In this document: one piece after another, positions 55,188 to 64,000 of the stretch
Layout: each line of letters starts with the position of its first letter
Numbering within the stretch: position 1 is the stretch's first letter
From: Planctomycetota bacterium
Lineage (GTDB): Bacteria; Planctomycetota; PUPC01; DSUN01
Reading direction: 5' to 3'
Assembly (NCBI GenBank): GCA_035384565.1
Contig: DAOOIT010000016.1
Coordinates: forward strand, 10,545 to 74,544
DNA: 64,000 nt
Position numbers and translations under genes: made by a program
Notes under the pieces: model-generated
Seen by the model: only the letters and a program-made list of their open reading frames with translations
Database searches by the model: none
Told to the model about the DNA's origin: nothing

Positions 55188-56114
55188 ATGCGTCTCGTCA
55201 CATTCCGCAAGGGCAAGGCCAACCATCTCGGTGCGATCGTGGGCGACAGCGTGGCCGACATCGTGGCGGCCAGCCGCGCCAGCGGCGGCCCGGCCCTCCC
55301 GGCCGACATGATCGCGCTGCTCGACATGGGCGCCAAGGGCCTGCGCGCCGCCAAGGCCGCGGCCCGCTTCGCCCTCAAGAACCCCAAGCGCGGCCTCCTC
55401 GTGCCGCTCGAACTCGTGCGCCTCGAAGCCCCCGTGCCCTGCCCCCGCAAGCTCCTCGCCCTCGCGGGCAACTACTCCTCGCACCTCAAGGAGGAGGGCA
55501 AGAACGCCCGCGCCAAGCGCGAGCAGACGCCCCGCGTGTTCATGAAGCCCCCCTCCACCACCGTCAACCGTCCCGGCGGACCCATCCCCATCACCCGCTA
55601 TTCTCACTTCGTGGACTGGGAGGTGGAGCTGGGCATCGTTATCGGCCGCAAGGCGAGGGACGTGTCGGCTAAGGATGCTTCCCGCCACATCGCAGGCTAC
55701 ACCATCGTTAACGACATCTCGGAGCGCGAGTTCTGCGTCCAGAAGCGCACGAAGACCGAGGACTTCGACAAGTTCTTCGACTGGCTGAACGGCAAGTGGC
55801 CCGACGGCTTCGCCCCGATGGGGCCGTGCATCACCACGCCCGACGAGATCGGCGACCCGATGAACCTGGCCATCCGCCTGAGCGTGAACGGCACCGTGAT
55901 GCAGGACGCGAACACGAGCGGGATGATCTACAACTGTGCGGAAATCGTGTCCTTCATCTCGCGCTGGGTCACGCTGGAGCCGGGCGACATCATCGCCACG
56001 GGCACCCCCGCCGGCATCGGCAAGGTGCGCGGCATCCGCCTGAGGCCAGGCGACCTGGTGCGGTGCGAGATTGAGAAGATCGGTGTGCTGGAGAACAGGG
56101 TCGTGAAGAGCTGA
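55188..56114 (+). CDS. fumarylacetoacetate hydrolase (FAH) family protein (2-keto-4-pentenoate hydratase / 2-oxohepta-3-ene-1,7-dioate hydratase type)
   Basis: ..VDWEVELGIVIGRKARDVS.. and ..GDIIATGTPAGIG.. are FAH-fold metal-binding blocks. ATG at 55188 follows GAAAGGGG. Confidence 0.85.
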   Translation: MRLVTFRKGKANHLGAIVGDSVADIVAASRASGGPALPADMIALLDMGAKGLRAAKAAARFALKNPKRGLLVPLELVRLEAPVPCPRKLLALAGNYSSHLKEEGKNARAKREQTPRVFMKPPSTTVNRPGGPIPITRYSHFVDWEVELGIVIGRKARDVSAKDASRHIAGYTIVNDISEREFCVQKRTKTEDFDKFFDWLNGKWPDGFAPMGPCITTPDEIGDPMNLAIRLSVNGTVMQDANTSGMIYNCAEIVSFISRWVTLEPGDIIATGTPAGIGKVRGIRLRPGDLVRCEIEKIGVLENRVVKS

Positions 56115-56165
56115 TGCGTGATGCGTGAGAAGAGAGACTGCCGACTCGCTTTCCCGGGGCTCGCA

Positions 56166-57692
56166 TTACACAAGCTCGCCGTCGCGCAGGACGAGTCGGC
56201 CGCTCAGAAGCACGTGGTGGACCCCTTCGGCGAGGAGGAGCGGCTGGTCGTAGGTGGCGCGGTCGCGGATGGCCGTGGGGTCGAAAACCACGAGGTCCGC
56301 CGCCATGCCCTCGGCGATGACGCCCCGGCCATCCAGGCCATAGCGGCGGGCGGGAACCGACGTGATGCGGCGAATGGCCTCCTCGAGCGGCAAGAGACCA
56401 AGGTCCCTCACGTAGTGGCCAAGGTAGCGGGCGAAGCAGCCCGAGGCCCTCGGGTGGCGTGCGCCGCCCATCGGGATGCTGTCGCTGCCCACAAGGCACA
56501 GCGGGTGACGCAGCACCTCGCGTAGATCGCTCTCCTCGATCGGCCAGCCTACGACGCCCACGCGCAGCCGCTCCTCAACCAGAAGGTCCACGCAGGCGTC
56601 GAAGACGTCCTTGCCCACGGCCTCGGCGAAGGCGGGCAGGCGCAGGCCCTCGAAGCGCCGGTTCGCCTCGCTCCACACGCTGGCGATGTGGACCTCAGAC
56701 CAGTCGGCCGCGGGCGCAGCATCCCGCAGGCGACGCCGCTCGGCGGGCTCGCCCAACAGAGACAACGCCGCCTCGATGCCCCCCGCATACACCTCGGGCG
56801 CGAGGAACAGCGCCGACATGAGCGTGTAACCTTTGAGGTAGGTGTACATGTCGAAGGCGACGTCCACCCCCCTCGCCCGCCAGGACTCGATGTGGGTGAG
56901 CACATCGCCCGCGCGGTTGCGGAACCTGCCCTGCGGCCTCAGGTGGGAGATCTGGACGGGCAGGCCGGCGCGGCGGCCGATCTCGCACGCCTCATCTATC
57001 GCATCAAGGAACTGGTCAGTGTAGTTGCGCAGGTGCGTCACATAGACGCCCCCGCGCGCGGCCACGACCTCGGCCACCGCGACGAGTTCCTCGATGTCGG
57101 CCTCGGAGCCGGGGAAGTAGGTGAGCCCGGTCGAGAGCCCCCGGGCGCCTTGCTCCATTCCCTCGGCGGCGAGGGCCTTCATCCGGTCGAGCTGCCGCGA
57201 CGAGAGCGGGCCGCGGCGCATCCCCGCCACCTCCGCGCGCAGCAGCCCGTGCGGCAGGATGGCAACAACATGGGCCGCGCTGCCCCGGAGGAGCGCAAGG
57301 TAATCCGCCACGGTGCGGAACGGCGGCAACGCAGGATCGCCCGTGATGCCGGCCAGGTAGTCGCGAAACAGGGCCTGGGTCCCGGGCGATGCGGGCGCGA
57401 AGCCCAGGCCGCACTGGCCAACATGGTAGGTGGTGATCCCTTGCCGCAGGCCGTCGAGATGGGCCGGCTCGGCAACAAGCGACAGGTCGAAGTGGGTGTG
57501 AATGTCATGGAAGCCCGGAGCCACGGCCAGGCCCGTAGCCTCCAGCACCTCGCCGTCGGCGCCCTGGCCGCAGCCGCCGACAGCGGCGATGCGGCCGCCC
57601 TCCACGAGCACATCGGCCCGCCTTGCCGGCGCGCCCGTGCCGTCAATCACCGTGCCGCCTCGCACAAGAATGCGGCCCAATTTGCCCATCAC
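56166..57692 (-). CDS. N-acyl-D-amino-acid deacylase (D-aminoacylase), amidohydrolase superfamily
   Basis: ..LVRGGTVIDGTG..DVLVEGGRIAAVG..DIHTHFD.. is the amidohydrolase metal-binding start. 508 aa, collinear with D-aminoacylases. Confidence 0.8.
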   Translation of the reverse strand: MMGKLGRILVRGGTVIDGTGAPARRADVLVEGGRIAAVGGCGQGADGEVLEATGLAVAPGFHDIHTHFDLSLVAEPAHLDGLRQGITTYHVGQCGLGFAPASPGTQALFRDYLAGITGDPALPPFRTVADYLALLRGSAAHVVAILPHGLLRAEVAGMRRGPLSSRQLDRMKALAAEGMEQGARGLSTGLTYFPGSEADIEELVAVAEVVAARGGVYVTHLRNYTDQFLDAIDEACEIGRRAGLPVQISHLRPQGRFRNRAGDVLTHIESWRARGVDVAFDMYTYLKGYTLMSALFLAPEVYAGGIEAALSLLGEPAERRRLRDAAPAADWSEVHIASVWSEANRRFEGLRLPAFAEAVGKDVFDACVDLLVEERLRVGVVGWPIEESDLREVLRHPLCLVGSDSIPMGGARHPRASGCFARYLGHYVRDLGLLPLEEAIRRITSVPARRYGLDGRGVIAEGMAADLVVFDPTAIRDRATYDQPLLLAEGVHHVLLSGRLVLRDGELV

Positions 57693-57775
57693 CTGCCTTT
57701 CCTCTACAATCTCCGTCGTGGGTCGTCAGTATAGCACGGACGCTCTCCGGCTACCAGTCTCCTGAGGACGTTGCG

Positions 57776-58858
57776 ATGGGTTCTGTGGCGATTGCGGAAC
57801 TGGATACCCCCGCGTTGGTGATCGATCTGGACGCGCTGGAGCGCAACCTGCGGCGGATGGCCGCGTTCTTCGCGCCGCTGCCGTGCAAGCTGCGGCCCCA
57901 CGCGAAGACCCACAAGTGCACCGAGATCGCGCGCCGCCAGGTGGCGCTGGGGGCCATCGGCATCACGTGCGCCAAGCTGGGCGAGGCCGAGGCGATGGCC
58001 GCGGGCGGCATCGAGGACATCCTCATCGCCAATCAGGTGGTCGGCGAGCGCAAGCTCCAGCGCCTCGCAGCACTGGCCCGTCGCGCCCTGGTGACCGTGG
58101 CCGTGGACAATCTGGTCAACGCCGGCGCGATTGCCGAAGCCGCGCGCCGCGCCGGGGCCACGGTGGGGGCGCTCATCGAGGTGGACACGGGAATGGGGCG
58201 CTGCGGCATGCCCGCCGACCGAGCGACCATCGTGCGCGCCGCGCAGGAGGTCGCGCGCATGCCGGGGCTCCGCTTCCGCGGCCTGATGGGCTACGAGGGC
58301 CACGCCGTGCTGCTGGAGGACGCCACCGAGCGAAAGGCCCGGGCCGAAGCGGCCGCACGCACCCTGGTGGCCTGTGTCGAGGCGGTGCGGAAGGCGGGGA
58401 TCGCGGTGGAGATCGTCTCGGCCGGCGGCACAGGCACCTACGACCTCACCTCGCAGGTCGAAGGCATCACCGAAATCCAGGCCGGCTCGTACGTGTTCAT
58501 GGACGCCCGCTACGCGCGTGTGAAGCCCGAGTTCGAGAACGCCCTCTTCCTCGCCGCCACCGTGGTGAGCCGGCCCACGCCCGACCGCGTGGTGCTCGAC
58601 GCTGGGATGAAATCCGTCACCCACGAATTCGGCCTGCCCGCCGTGGCCGAGCCGCCGGGCCTGAGGCTGGCCAGCCTGTCGGAGGAGCACGCCACCTGCA
58701 CGGCCGAGGGGCTGTGCGACCTGGCGCCCGGCGACCAGGTGTGGCTCCTACCCACGCACTGCTGCACCACCGTGAACCTTCACGACCGCTACTGGTGCGT
58801 GCGCGACGGCCGGGTGGCGGCCTCCTGGCCCATCGAAGCCCGCGGCAAGTTCGCCTGA
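57776..58858 (+). CDS. PLP-dependent D-amino-acid aldolase / D-serine dehydratase-like (alanine-racemase-fold, DSD1 family)
   Basis: ..LVIDLDALERNLRRM..LRPHAKTHKC.. carries the PLP Lys in the alanine racemase N-terminal-like fold. C-terminal beta domain is present. Divergent from the D-aminoacylase gene. Confidence 0.78.
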   Translation: MGSVAIAELDTPALVIDLDALERNLRRMAAFFAPLPCKLRPHAKTHKCTEIARRQVALGAIGITCAKLGEAEAMAAGGIEDILIANQVVGERKLQRLAALARRALVTVAVDNLVNAGAIAEAARRAGATVGALIEVDTGMGRCGMPADRATIVRAAQEVARMPGLRFRGLMGYEGHAVLLEDATERKARAEAAARTLVACVEAVRKAGIAVEIVSAGGTGTYDLTSQVEGITEIQAGSYVFMDARYARVKPEFENALFLAATVVSRPTPDRVVLDAGMKSVTHEFGLPAVAEPPGLRLASLSEEHATCTAEGLCDLAPGDQVWLLPTHCCTTVNLHDRYWCVRDGRVAASWPIEARGKFA

Positions 58859-58929
58859 CCCCCGTTGACTCCCCTCCCCTGCGTGCGTAGAATCTGCCCT
58901 GCGCACTGACAGAGAGCGAAGAAGCCCAC

Positions 58930-60030
58930 ATGACCGTGACCACCATCGTCGGCGCCAGGCCGCAGTTCGTCAAGGCTGCCCCCGTCTCGCGCGCGCTCGC
59001 CGCACGCGGCGTGGCCGAAACGCTGGTCCACACCGGCCAACACTACGATCCGCAGCTCTCCGACGTCTTCTTCGCCGAGCTGCGCCTGCCAAAGCCCCAC
59101 CACCACCTGGGCATCGGCTCCGGCACCCACGCGGCGCAAACGGGGCGCATGCTCGCCGCCATCGAGGCCGTGCTCGTGGCGGAACGGCCCGACTGGGCGC
59201 TCGTCTACGGCGACACCAACTCGACCCTGGCCGGCGCCCTCGCTGCCGCCAAGCTAGGGATTCGAGTCGCCCACGTGGAGGCGGGACTGCGCAGCTTCAA
59301 CCGCACCATGCCCGAGGAGATCAACCGCGTGGTCGCCGACCACCTGGCCGACCTCCTCCTCTGCCCCACCCAGGCCGCCGTGAGAAATCTGGCCGCCGAG
59401 GGCATCCAGCGCGGCGTCCACCTCGTGGGCGATGTGATGTACGATTCCCTGCTCCATAACCTCCGCCTCGCCGACCAGGCGCCCAGCCCTCTCGAGGCCA
59501 TCGGCATCGCCCCGCGCGCCTACTACCTCGCCACCGTGCACCGCGCCGCCAACACCGACGACCCCGCCCGCCTCGCCCGCCTGCTCGGCCTGCTCGCGGG
59601 CCTCGATGCGCCCGTGCTCCTGCCGCTCCATCCCCGAACAGCAGGAGCCCTCGCCGCCGCGGGCATGGAGGCCCGACACGGAGTCCTCCGCCCCATCGAG
59701 CCCGCCTCGTACCTTCAGATGCTCCGCCTCGAGCGGCACGCCAGGGCCATCCTCACCGACTCGGGCGGCGTGCAGAAGGAGGCCTACCTCCTCGCCGTGC
59801 CCTGCATCACCCTCCGCGCCGAGACCGAGTGGGTGGAGACTGTGGAAGCAGGCTGGAACGCGCTGGTGGACGCGGATGCGGCGCGCTTCGCCGAGGCGAT
59901 GGAGGCCGTGGCCCGATGGGACGGGCAGCGCGCGCCTTTCGGCGCGGGCAGCGGACGCCCCGACCTCTACGGCGATGGCCACGCCGCCGAGGCCATCGCG
60001 GAAATCCTCACCCGAGTCCAGGAGGAGTAG
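58930..60030 (+). CDS. wecB: UDP-N-acetylglucosamine 2-epimerase (non-hydrolysing)
   Basis: MTVTTIVGARPQFVKAAPV..HTGQHYD..SDVFF.. and ..DSGGVQKEA.. are hallmark WecB/MnaA blocks. 366 aa. Confidence 0.88.
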   Translation: MTVTTIVGARPQFVKAAPVSRALAARGVAETLVHTGQHYDPQLSDVFFAELRLPKPHHHLGIGSGTHAAQTGRMLAAIEAVLVAERPDWALVYGDTNSTLAGALAAAKLGIRVAHVEAGLRSFNRTMPEEINRVVADHLADLLLCPTQAAVRNLAAEGIQRGVHLVGDVMYDSLLHNLRLADQAPSPLEAIGIAPRAYYLATVHRAANTDDPARLARLLGLLAGLDAPVLLPLHPRTAGALAAAGMEARHGVLRPIEPASYLQMLRLERHARAILTDSGGVQKEAYLLAVPCITLRAETEWVETVEAGWNALVDADAARFAEAMEAVARWDGQRAPFGAGSGRPDLYGDGHAAEAIAEILTRVQEE

Positions 60031-60036
60031 CCTCTC

Positions 60037-60110
60037 TTGCGGACGCATGTGGCGACAAGCGCCGCGCTTGTCGAGACGCCGAAGGGGACCGCAAGCGGGA
60101 TGCTTGCGGC
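60037..60110. repeat. Family-B double-hairpin repeat (GCGACAAGCGCCGCGCTTGTCG ... CCGCAAGCGGGATGCTTGCGG)
   Basis: Third copy of the element, between wecB and proB. Confidence 0.6.
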
Positions 60111-60139
60111 CACACAGAGAGATAGGAAGGCTCAGCGAC

Positions 60140-61279
60140 ATGGCTGTTGACCCCCGCCAACTGCTGGCACAGGCCCGCCGAGTAGTCGTCAAGATCGGCT
60201 CGAACGTCCTCACCTCGAAGACCGGCTCGCTGGACCGCCGCCGCGTGCACCACCTGGCGGACCAGATCTCTGAGCTCTGCGACGCGGGGCGCGAGATCAT
60301 CGTCGTCAGCTCCGGCGCCATCGCCGCCGGCATGGGCGAGCTGGGCCTGCCCAAGCGCCCGGCCACCCTGCCCGAGCTTCAGGCCGCCGCCGCCGTGGGC
60401 CAGAGCCGCCTGATCCGCACCTACAACGAGAGCTTCCGCCGCCACGGCCGCTGCGTGGGCCAGGTGCTGCTGACCCGCGAGGACATGGAACACCGCGCCC
60501 GCTTCCTCAACACCCGCAATACCCTCCACGCGCTCGTGGCCATGGGCTGCGTGCCGGTGATCAACGAGAACGACTCGGTGTCGGTGGACGAGATTCGCTA
60601 CGGCGACAACGACTTCCTGGCGGCGCACCTGGCCGCGCTGATCCTCGCCGACCTGCTGGTGATCCTGAGCACCGTGGACGGCCTGCTGGAGGAGGATGCC
60701 GCGGGCCGCCCGCACGTCGTGCCCCTGGTCGAAAGAATCTCGGACGACATCGTGAGGCTCGATACGGGCGAGAAGTCGGCGCGCGGCACGGGAGGCATGG
60801 GCAGCAAGCTGCGGGCGGCCGCTATGACGACCCGCGCGGGCGTGCCCGTGGTGATCGCGGGCGGCCGCCGCCGCGGCATCCTGCGCCGCATCGTCGCGGG
60901 CGAGAACGTCGGCACCCTCTTCCTGCCCGCGGCGCGCCGCATGGCCAGCCGCAAGCGCTGGATCGCCTTCACCGCCCGGCCCAGCGGCGAATTGGTGGTG
61001 GACGCGGGGGCACGGCGCGCGCTGGTCGAGGGCGGCAAGAGCCTGCTGGCCTCGGGGGTGCGGGCGGTCCGCGGCACGTTCGGCAAAGGCGCCGTGGTGG
61101 CTCTGGCCGTGGGCCAGGAGCCGCCCTTCGCGCGCGGCCTCACCAACTACTCCTCGGCCGAGCTGGCCCTCATCCAGGGCTACCACACGCGCGACATCCA
61201 GGCGCGTCTCGGCTACAAGGACTACGACGAGGTGGTCCACCGCGACAATCTGGTGATTCTCGGGGGCGGAGCCGGCTGA
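60140..61279 (+). CDS. proB: glutamate 5-kinase
   Basis: ..VVKIGSNVLT.. amino-acid kinase fold and a C-terminal PUA domain. ATG at 60140 follows AGGAAGG. The upstream part of ORF 59606-61279 is not coding. Confidence 0.9.
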   Translation: MAVDPRQLLAQARRVVVKIGSNVLTSKTGSLDRRRVHHLADQISELCDAGREIIVVSSGAIAAGMGELGLPKRPATLPELQAAAAVGQSRLIRTYNESFRRHGRCVGQVLLTREDMEHRARFLNTRNTLHALVAMGCVPVINENDSVSVDEIRYGDNDFLAAHLAALILADLLVILSTVDGLLEEDAAGRPHVVPLVERISDDIVRLDTGEKSARGTGGMGSKLRAAAMTTRAGVPVVIAGGRRRGILRRIVAGENVGTLFLPAARRMASRKRWIAFTARPSGELVVDAGARRALVEGGKSLLASGVRAVRGTFGKGAVVALAVGQEPPFARGLTNYSSAELALIQGYHTRDIQARLGYKDYDEVVHRDNLVILGGGAG

Positions 61280-61348
61280 GCCGGCGAAGGAGGCGCCGCG
61301 CCTCCCCTCTCTTCGGAGCGAAGCAGGCACTCGGCGCACCGCGGCCCG

Positions 61349-62068
61349 TCACACGACGCCGCTCGGCATGTAGAGCAGCCGCGAACAGCTCGGGCACTTG
61401 ACGATCTTGCGGCCCGCGCGCAGCGTGTGCGAGAGCTGGGGCGGGAGCTGCATGAAGCAGCCCTGGCACGAGTTGCCGACAACCGGGGCCAGGGCCGAGG
61501 AGCCCTTCTTCTGGGCGATCCGCTCGTACTCGCCGAGCAGGGCGGGCTCTACCCTGGCCACAGCGGCCTGCCGCGCCTCCTGAAGCTCCGCGATCTGCTC
61601 GTCGAGCTGGCCCACATCGGCCGACACGCCCTTGGCTTCCTCGGCGTGCTGACGCTCGAGCTGGGCGATGCCGCGCTCGAGCTCTCGCGCGTCGCTCTCG
61701 AGTTCCTCCACGTCCGCCATCATCGCCAGCAGGTCGTCCTCGATGCGCGACGCATCCGCCTTCTTCGCGGCGATCTCGTGCTGGAACGCCGTGTACTCTT
61801 TGTTGGTGCGCGCGGTGTTGAGCTGCGTGGTGAGCTTCTCGGTCTCCTGTTCGGCGGCGCGGAGGTCCACCTCGCGGGCGTGGATCTGGGTGCGGAGCTG
61901 CTTTACGCTCGCGCGCTTCTCCTCCAGGGCCTGCCGTTGCTGGGCGAGGTGGGTCTCGATGTGGCGCAGGGCGACGGGAAGCAGGTCCTTCTGCGCGGTG
62001 AGCTTGTCAATCTTGCTGTCGATGCTGTGCAGGCTCAGCAGGGCGTCAATCTCGGGGCTGTTGGGCAT
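61349..62068 (-). CDS. C4-type zinc-ribbon domain protein (zf-RING_7 / DUF164-like coiled-coil protein)
   Basis: Long coiled-coil then a C-terminal CQGC..(n)..CPSC zinc ribbon. This family is often encoded near rpoD or flagellar genes. Confidence 0.65.
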   Translation of the reverse strand: MPNSPEIDALLSLHSIDSKIDKLTAQKDLLPVALRHIETHLAQQRQALEEKRASVKQLRTQIHAREVDLRAAEQETEKLTTQLNTARTNKEYTAFQHEIAAKKADASRIEDDLLAMMADVEELESDARELERGIAQLERQHAEEAKGVSADVGQLDEQIAELQEARQAAVARVEPALLGEYERIAQKKGSSALAPVVGNSCQGCFMQLPPQLSHTLRAGRKIVKCPSCSRLLYMPSGVV

Positions 62069-62081
62069 GCAGGGTTCCTGT

Positions 62082-63716
62082 CTACTTCAATATGTCCTCC
62101 ATGAACCCCTCCAGCTTCCGGCTGCGGATGGGGTGCTGGAGCTTTCGAATGGCTTTGGCCTCGATCTGCCGGACGCGCTCGCGGGTGACGCGGAAGCGCC
62201 GGCCGACCTCTTCGAGGGTGTAGGTGTAGCCGTCGCCGATGCCGTAGCGGAGCTTGATGATCTCGCGCTCGCGGTACGTCAGGGTGTCGAGGACCGAGTG
62301 AATCTTGTCCTTGAGCATTTCGTGGGTGGCCGCACTCACGGGGTTCTCGGCGTTCTCGTCCTCGATGAAATCGCCGAAGTAGCTGTCCTCGCTCTCGCCG
62401 ATCGGGCGGTCGAGCGAGATGGGGTGCTTGGAGATCTTGAGCACGCGGCGCGCCTCTTCCATCGAGATGTCGGCCTCGGCCGCGATCTCGTCCACCGTGG
62501 GGTCGCGGCCCAGCTCCTGCACCAGGCGCTTGCTGACGTTGCGCAGCTTGCTCATCGTCTCCATCATGTGCACGGGGATGCGGATGGTGCGCGCCTGGTC
62601 GGCGATGGAGCGGGTGATGGCCTGGCGGATCCACCAGGTGGCGTAGGTGGAGAACTTGTAGCCGCGGCGGTACTCGTACTTTTCCACGGCCTTCATCAGG
62701 CCGGTGTTGCCTTCCTGGATCAGGTCGAGGAACGACAGGCCGCGGTTGCGGTACTTCTTGGCGATGGAGACGACGAGGCGCAGGTTGCCGCCGGAGAGCT
62801 TGCGCTTGGCCTGCTCGTAGCCCATGAAGCGCTCGGTGATGGCAGCCACGCGGCGCCGAAGCTGCTCGCGGTCCTCCAGGCACTCCTCCTCGAGCTGCGC
62901 GAGGTCCTCCTCGAGGCCCCGGATGCGCGCTCCGTCGCCATCGTTCGCGTTCTGCACCAGCCGGTCGCGCAGCTCGGCGCAGCGGTCCATCCGCTCGCTC
63001 AGCTCCTGGAGGTTGCGCATCATCGGCTGGATCTTGTCTATGTTGATGTTGAGTTCTTCGAGCAGCGCCACGGCCTTGCGGCGGCGCGAGCGCAGGCGGG
63101 CCAGCGCCTGGGCCCTCTCGCTGGGGCTGCTGCCGGGCCGGTTGATGATGCGGTAGTCGGCCTTGTTGCGCTCGTGGATCTTGCGCAGCGTGGCCAGGTT
63201 GAGCGGCAGCAGGCGCATGATCTCGTCGCGGCCCACCTCCACCGCCGTCGAGAGGCGCAGGGTGCGGTCGAACGGCAGCTTGCCGCTCTGCACGTCCTCA
63301 AGGATCCGGATGCCGGTGCGCAGTGAGTAGTCGGATTCGAGCACCTTGGTGCGGTAGCGTTTGCGCGTGACCTCGATCTTCTTGGCGAGAGAGATCTCCT
63401 CCTCGCGGCTCAGCAGGGGGATTTCGCCCATCTGCGTGAGGTACATGCGCACGGGGTCATCTATGCGGTCCGCGACCTCCTCCTCTTCGACCTCTTCGAG
63501 GACGTCCGGCTCCTCCTCCTTCGCGGCGCCCGGCTCCTCGGATTCGTCGAGGATATCAATCCCCATCTCGTCGAGGGTCATGAGGATCTTGTCAATCTTG
63601 TCGGGCGACACGGCGTCCTCGGGGAGCAGGTCGTTGAGCTCCTCGTAGGTGACGAAGCCCTTTTCCTTGCCCCTCTCGACGAGGAGTTTCAGGCTTTCAT
63701 CGAGCGTGGTCGGCAT
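62082..63716 (-). CDS. rpoD: RNA polymerase primary sigma factor (sigma-70)
   Basis: Regions 1.1, 1.2 ([11 protein letters not shown]), 2 (..[38 protein letters not shown]..), 3 and 4 (..[27 protein letters not shown]..) are all present. ATG at 63716 after GGAGTG. Confidence 0.93.
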   Translation of the reverse strand: MPTTLDESLKLLVERGKEKGFVTYEELNDLLPEDAVSPDKIDKILMTLDEMGIDILDESEEPGAAKEEEPDVLEEVEEEEVADRIDDPVRMYLTQMGEIPLLSREEEISLAKKIEVTRKRYRTKVLESDYSLRTGIRILEDVQSGKLPFDRTLRLSTAVEVGRDEIMRLLPLNLATLRKIHERNKADYRIINRPGSSPSERAQALARLRSRRRKAVALLEELNINIDKIQPMMRNLQELSERMDRCAELRDRLVQNANDGDGARIRGLEEDLAQLEEECLEDREQLRRRVAAITERFMGYEQAKRKLSGGNLRLVVSIAKKYRNRGLSFLDLIQEGNTGLMKAVEKYEYRRGYKFSTYATWWIRQAITRSIADQARTIRIPVHMMETMSKLRNVSKRLVQELGRDPTVDEIAAEADISMEEARRVLKISKHPISLDRPIGESEDSYFGDFIEDENAENPVSAATHEMLKDKIHSVLDTLTYREREIIKLRYGIGDGYTYTLEEVGRRFRVTRERVRQIEAKAIRKLQHPIRSRKLEGFMEDILK

Positions 63717-63743
63717 GGCGCCATGCACTCCTGTGGCCGGCGA

Positions 63744-64000
63744 TTACGGGACGGGCGCGCCGCTGGGGCGGCCCGCTCGACGCCGGTGAAGTTGCTGTAT
63801 CGCGGCCAGGGCGCTCGGGTCGGCGCCCCGGGCCTGTTCCTTCAGTCGCTCGTACTCGGCCCGCTGCTGCCGCGCCTCGAGCCGGTCGAGGCAGTCCTGC
63901 ACCGATTTCTCGGCCTTCCCCCCACCCCCCTCAAAGTCCAGCGTGGCGATGATGGCGCTCAGTTCCCGGTCCTGGAGCGTGGAGCTGAGCATCGCCGGGT
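63744..64000 (-). CDS. dnaG: 3' end of a gene running off the window; likely DNA primase (dnaG) C-terminal region given its position immediately upstream of rpoD
   Basis: Open frame to the window edge. Synteny (dnaG-rpoD) only. The sequence itself is not diagnostic. Confidence 0.35.
   Translation of the reverse strand, partial: PAMLSSTLQDRELSAIIATLDFEGGGGKAEKSVQDCLDRLEARQQRAEYERLKEQARGADPSALAAIQQLHRRRAGRPSGAPVP

Noticed and set aside
59606-60139. 5' extension of the proB ORF (ORF 59606-61279)
   Set aside because: It overlaps the wecB coding region in another frame and contains the family-B repeat. ATG at 60140 with an AGGAAGG Shine-Dalgarno matches the conserved ProB N-terminus.

Overview
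This is a 64 kb window of high-GC (about 68-70 %) bacterial chromosome. It is densely coded on both strands, with no rRNA, tRNA or CRISPR array detected by eye, and because of the GC content nearly every real gene is shadowed by a long spurious antisense ORF. The gene content (two PEP-CTERM-anchored proteins, many secreted glycoside-hydrolase-like proteins, PQQ/NHL/SBBP beta-propellers, HEAT/PA14 proteins) points to a Planctomycetota/Verrucomicrobiota-like or similar exosortase-bearing lineage. The first 37 kb is an accessory, carbohydrate-active region: a GH5/GH4/GH43 trio, transketolase, a PEP-CTERM tandem-repeat protein, and three paralogs of a large secreted hydrolase-like family plus an SBBP propeller and a truncated copy of it. 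The most unusual locus is a minus-strand operon at 37.2-45.7 kb. It encodes an ECF sigma factor, an anti-sigma factor with a repeat-rich C-terminal extension, a periplasmic FMN-binding protein, a fused NapH/NapG-type membrane polyferredoxin, and a secreted GH-A-like enzyme with calcium-binding thrombospondin-type-3 repeats. This looks like a redox-coupled extracytoplasmic module that has not been described. The last 10 kb is housekeeping (a D-amino-acid metabolic cluster, wecB, proB, a zinc-ribbon protein, rpoD and the dnaG 3' end). Two families of short hairpin repeat elements (core TGAGCAAGTATGG, and a double hairpin GACAAGCG..CGCTTG / CCGCAAGCGGGAYGCTTGCGG) recur in intergenic regions at three loci each. 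A third family of GC-rich hairpins shares a GGTTCCAAC loop. One heparinase-like gene is interrupted by a single in-frame TAG.
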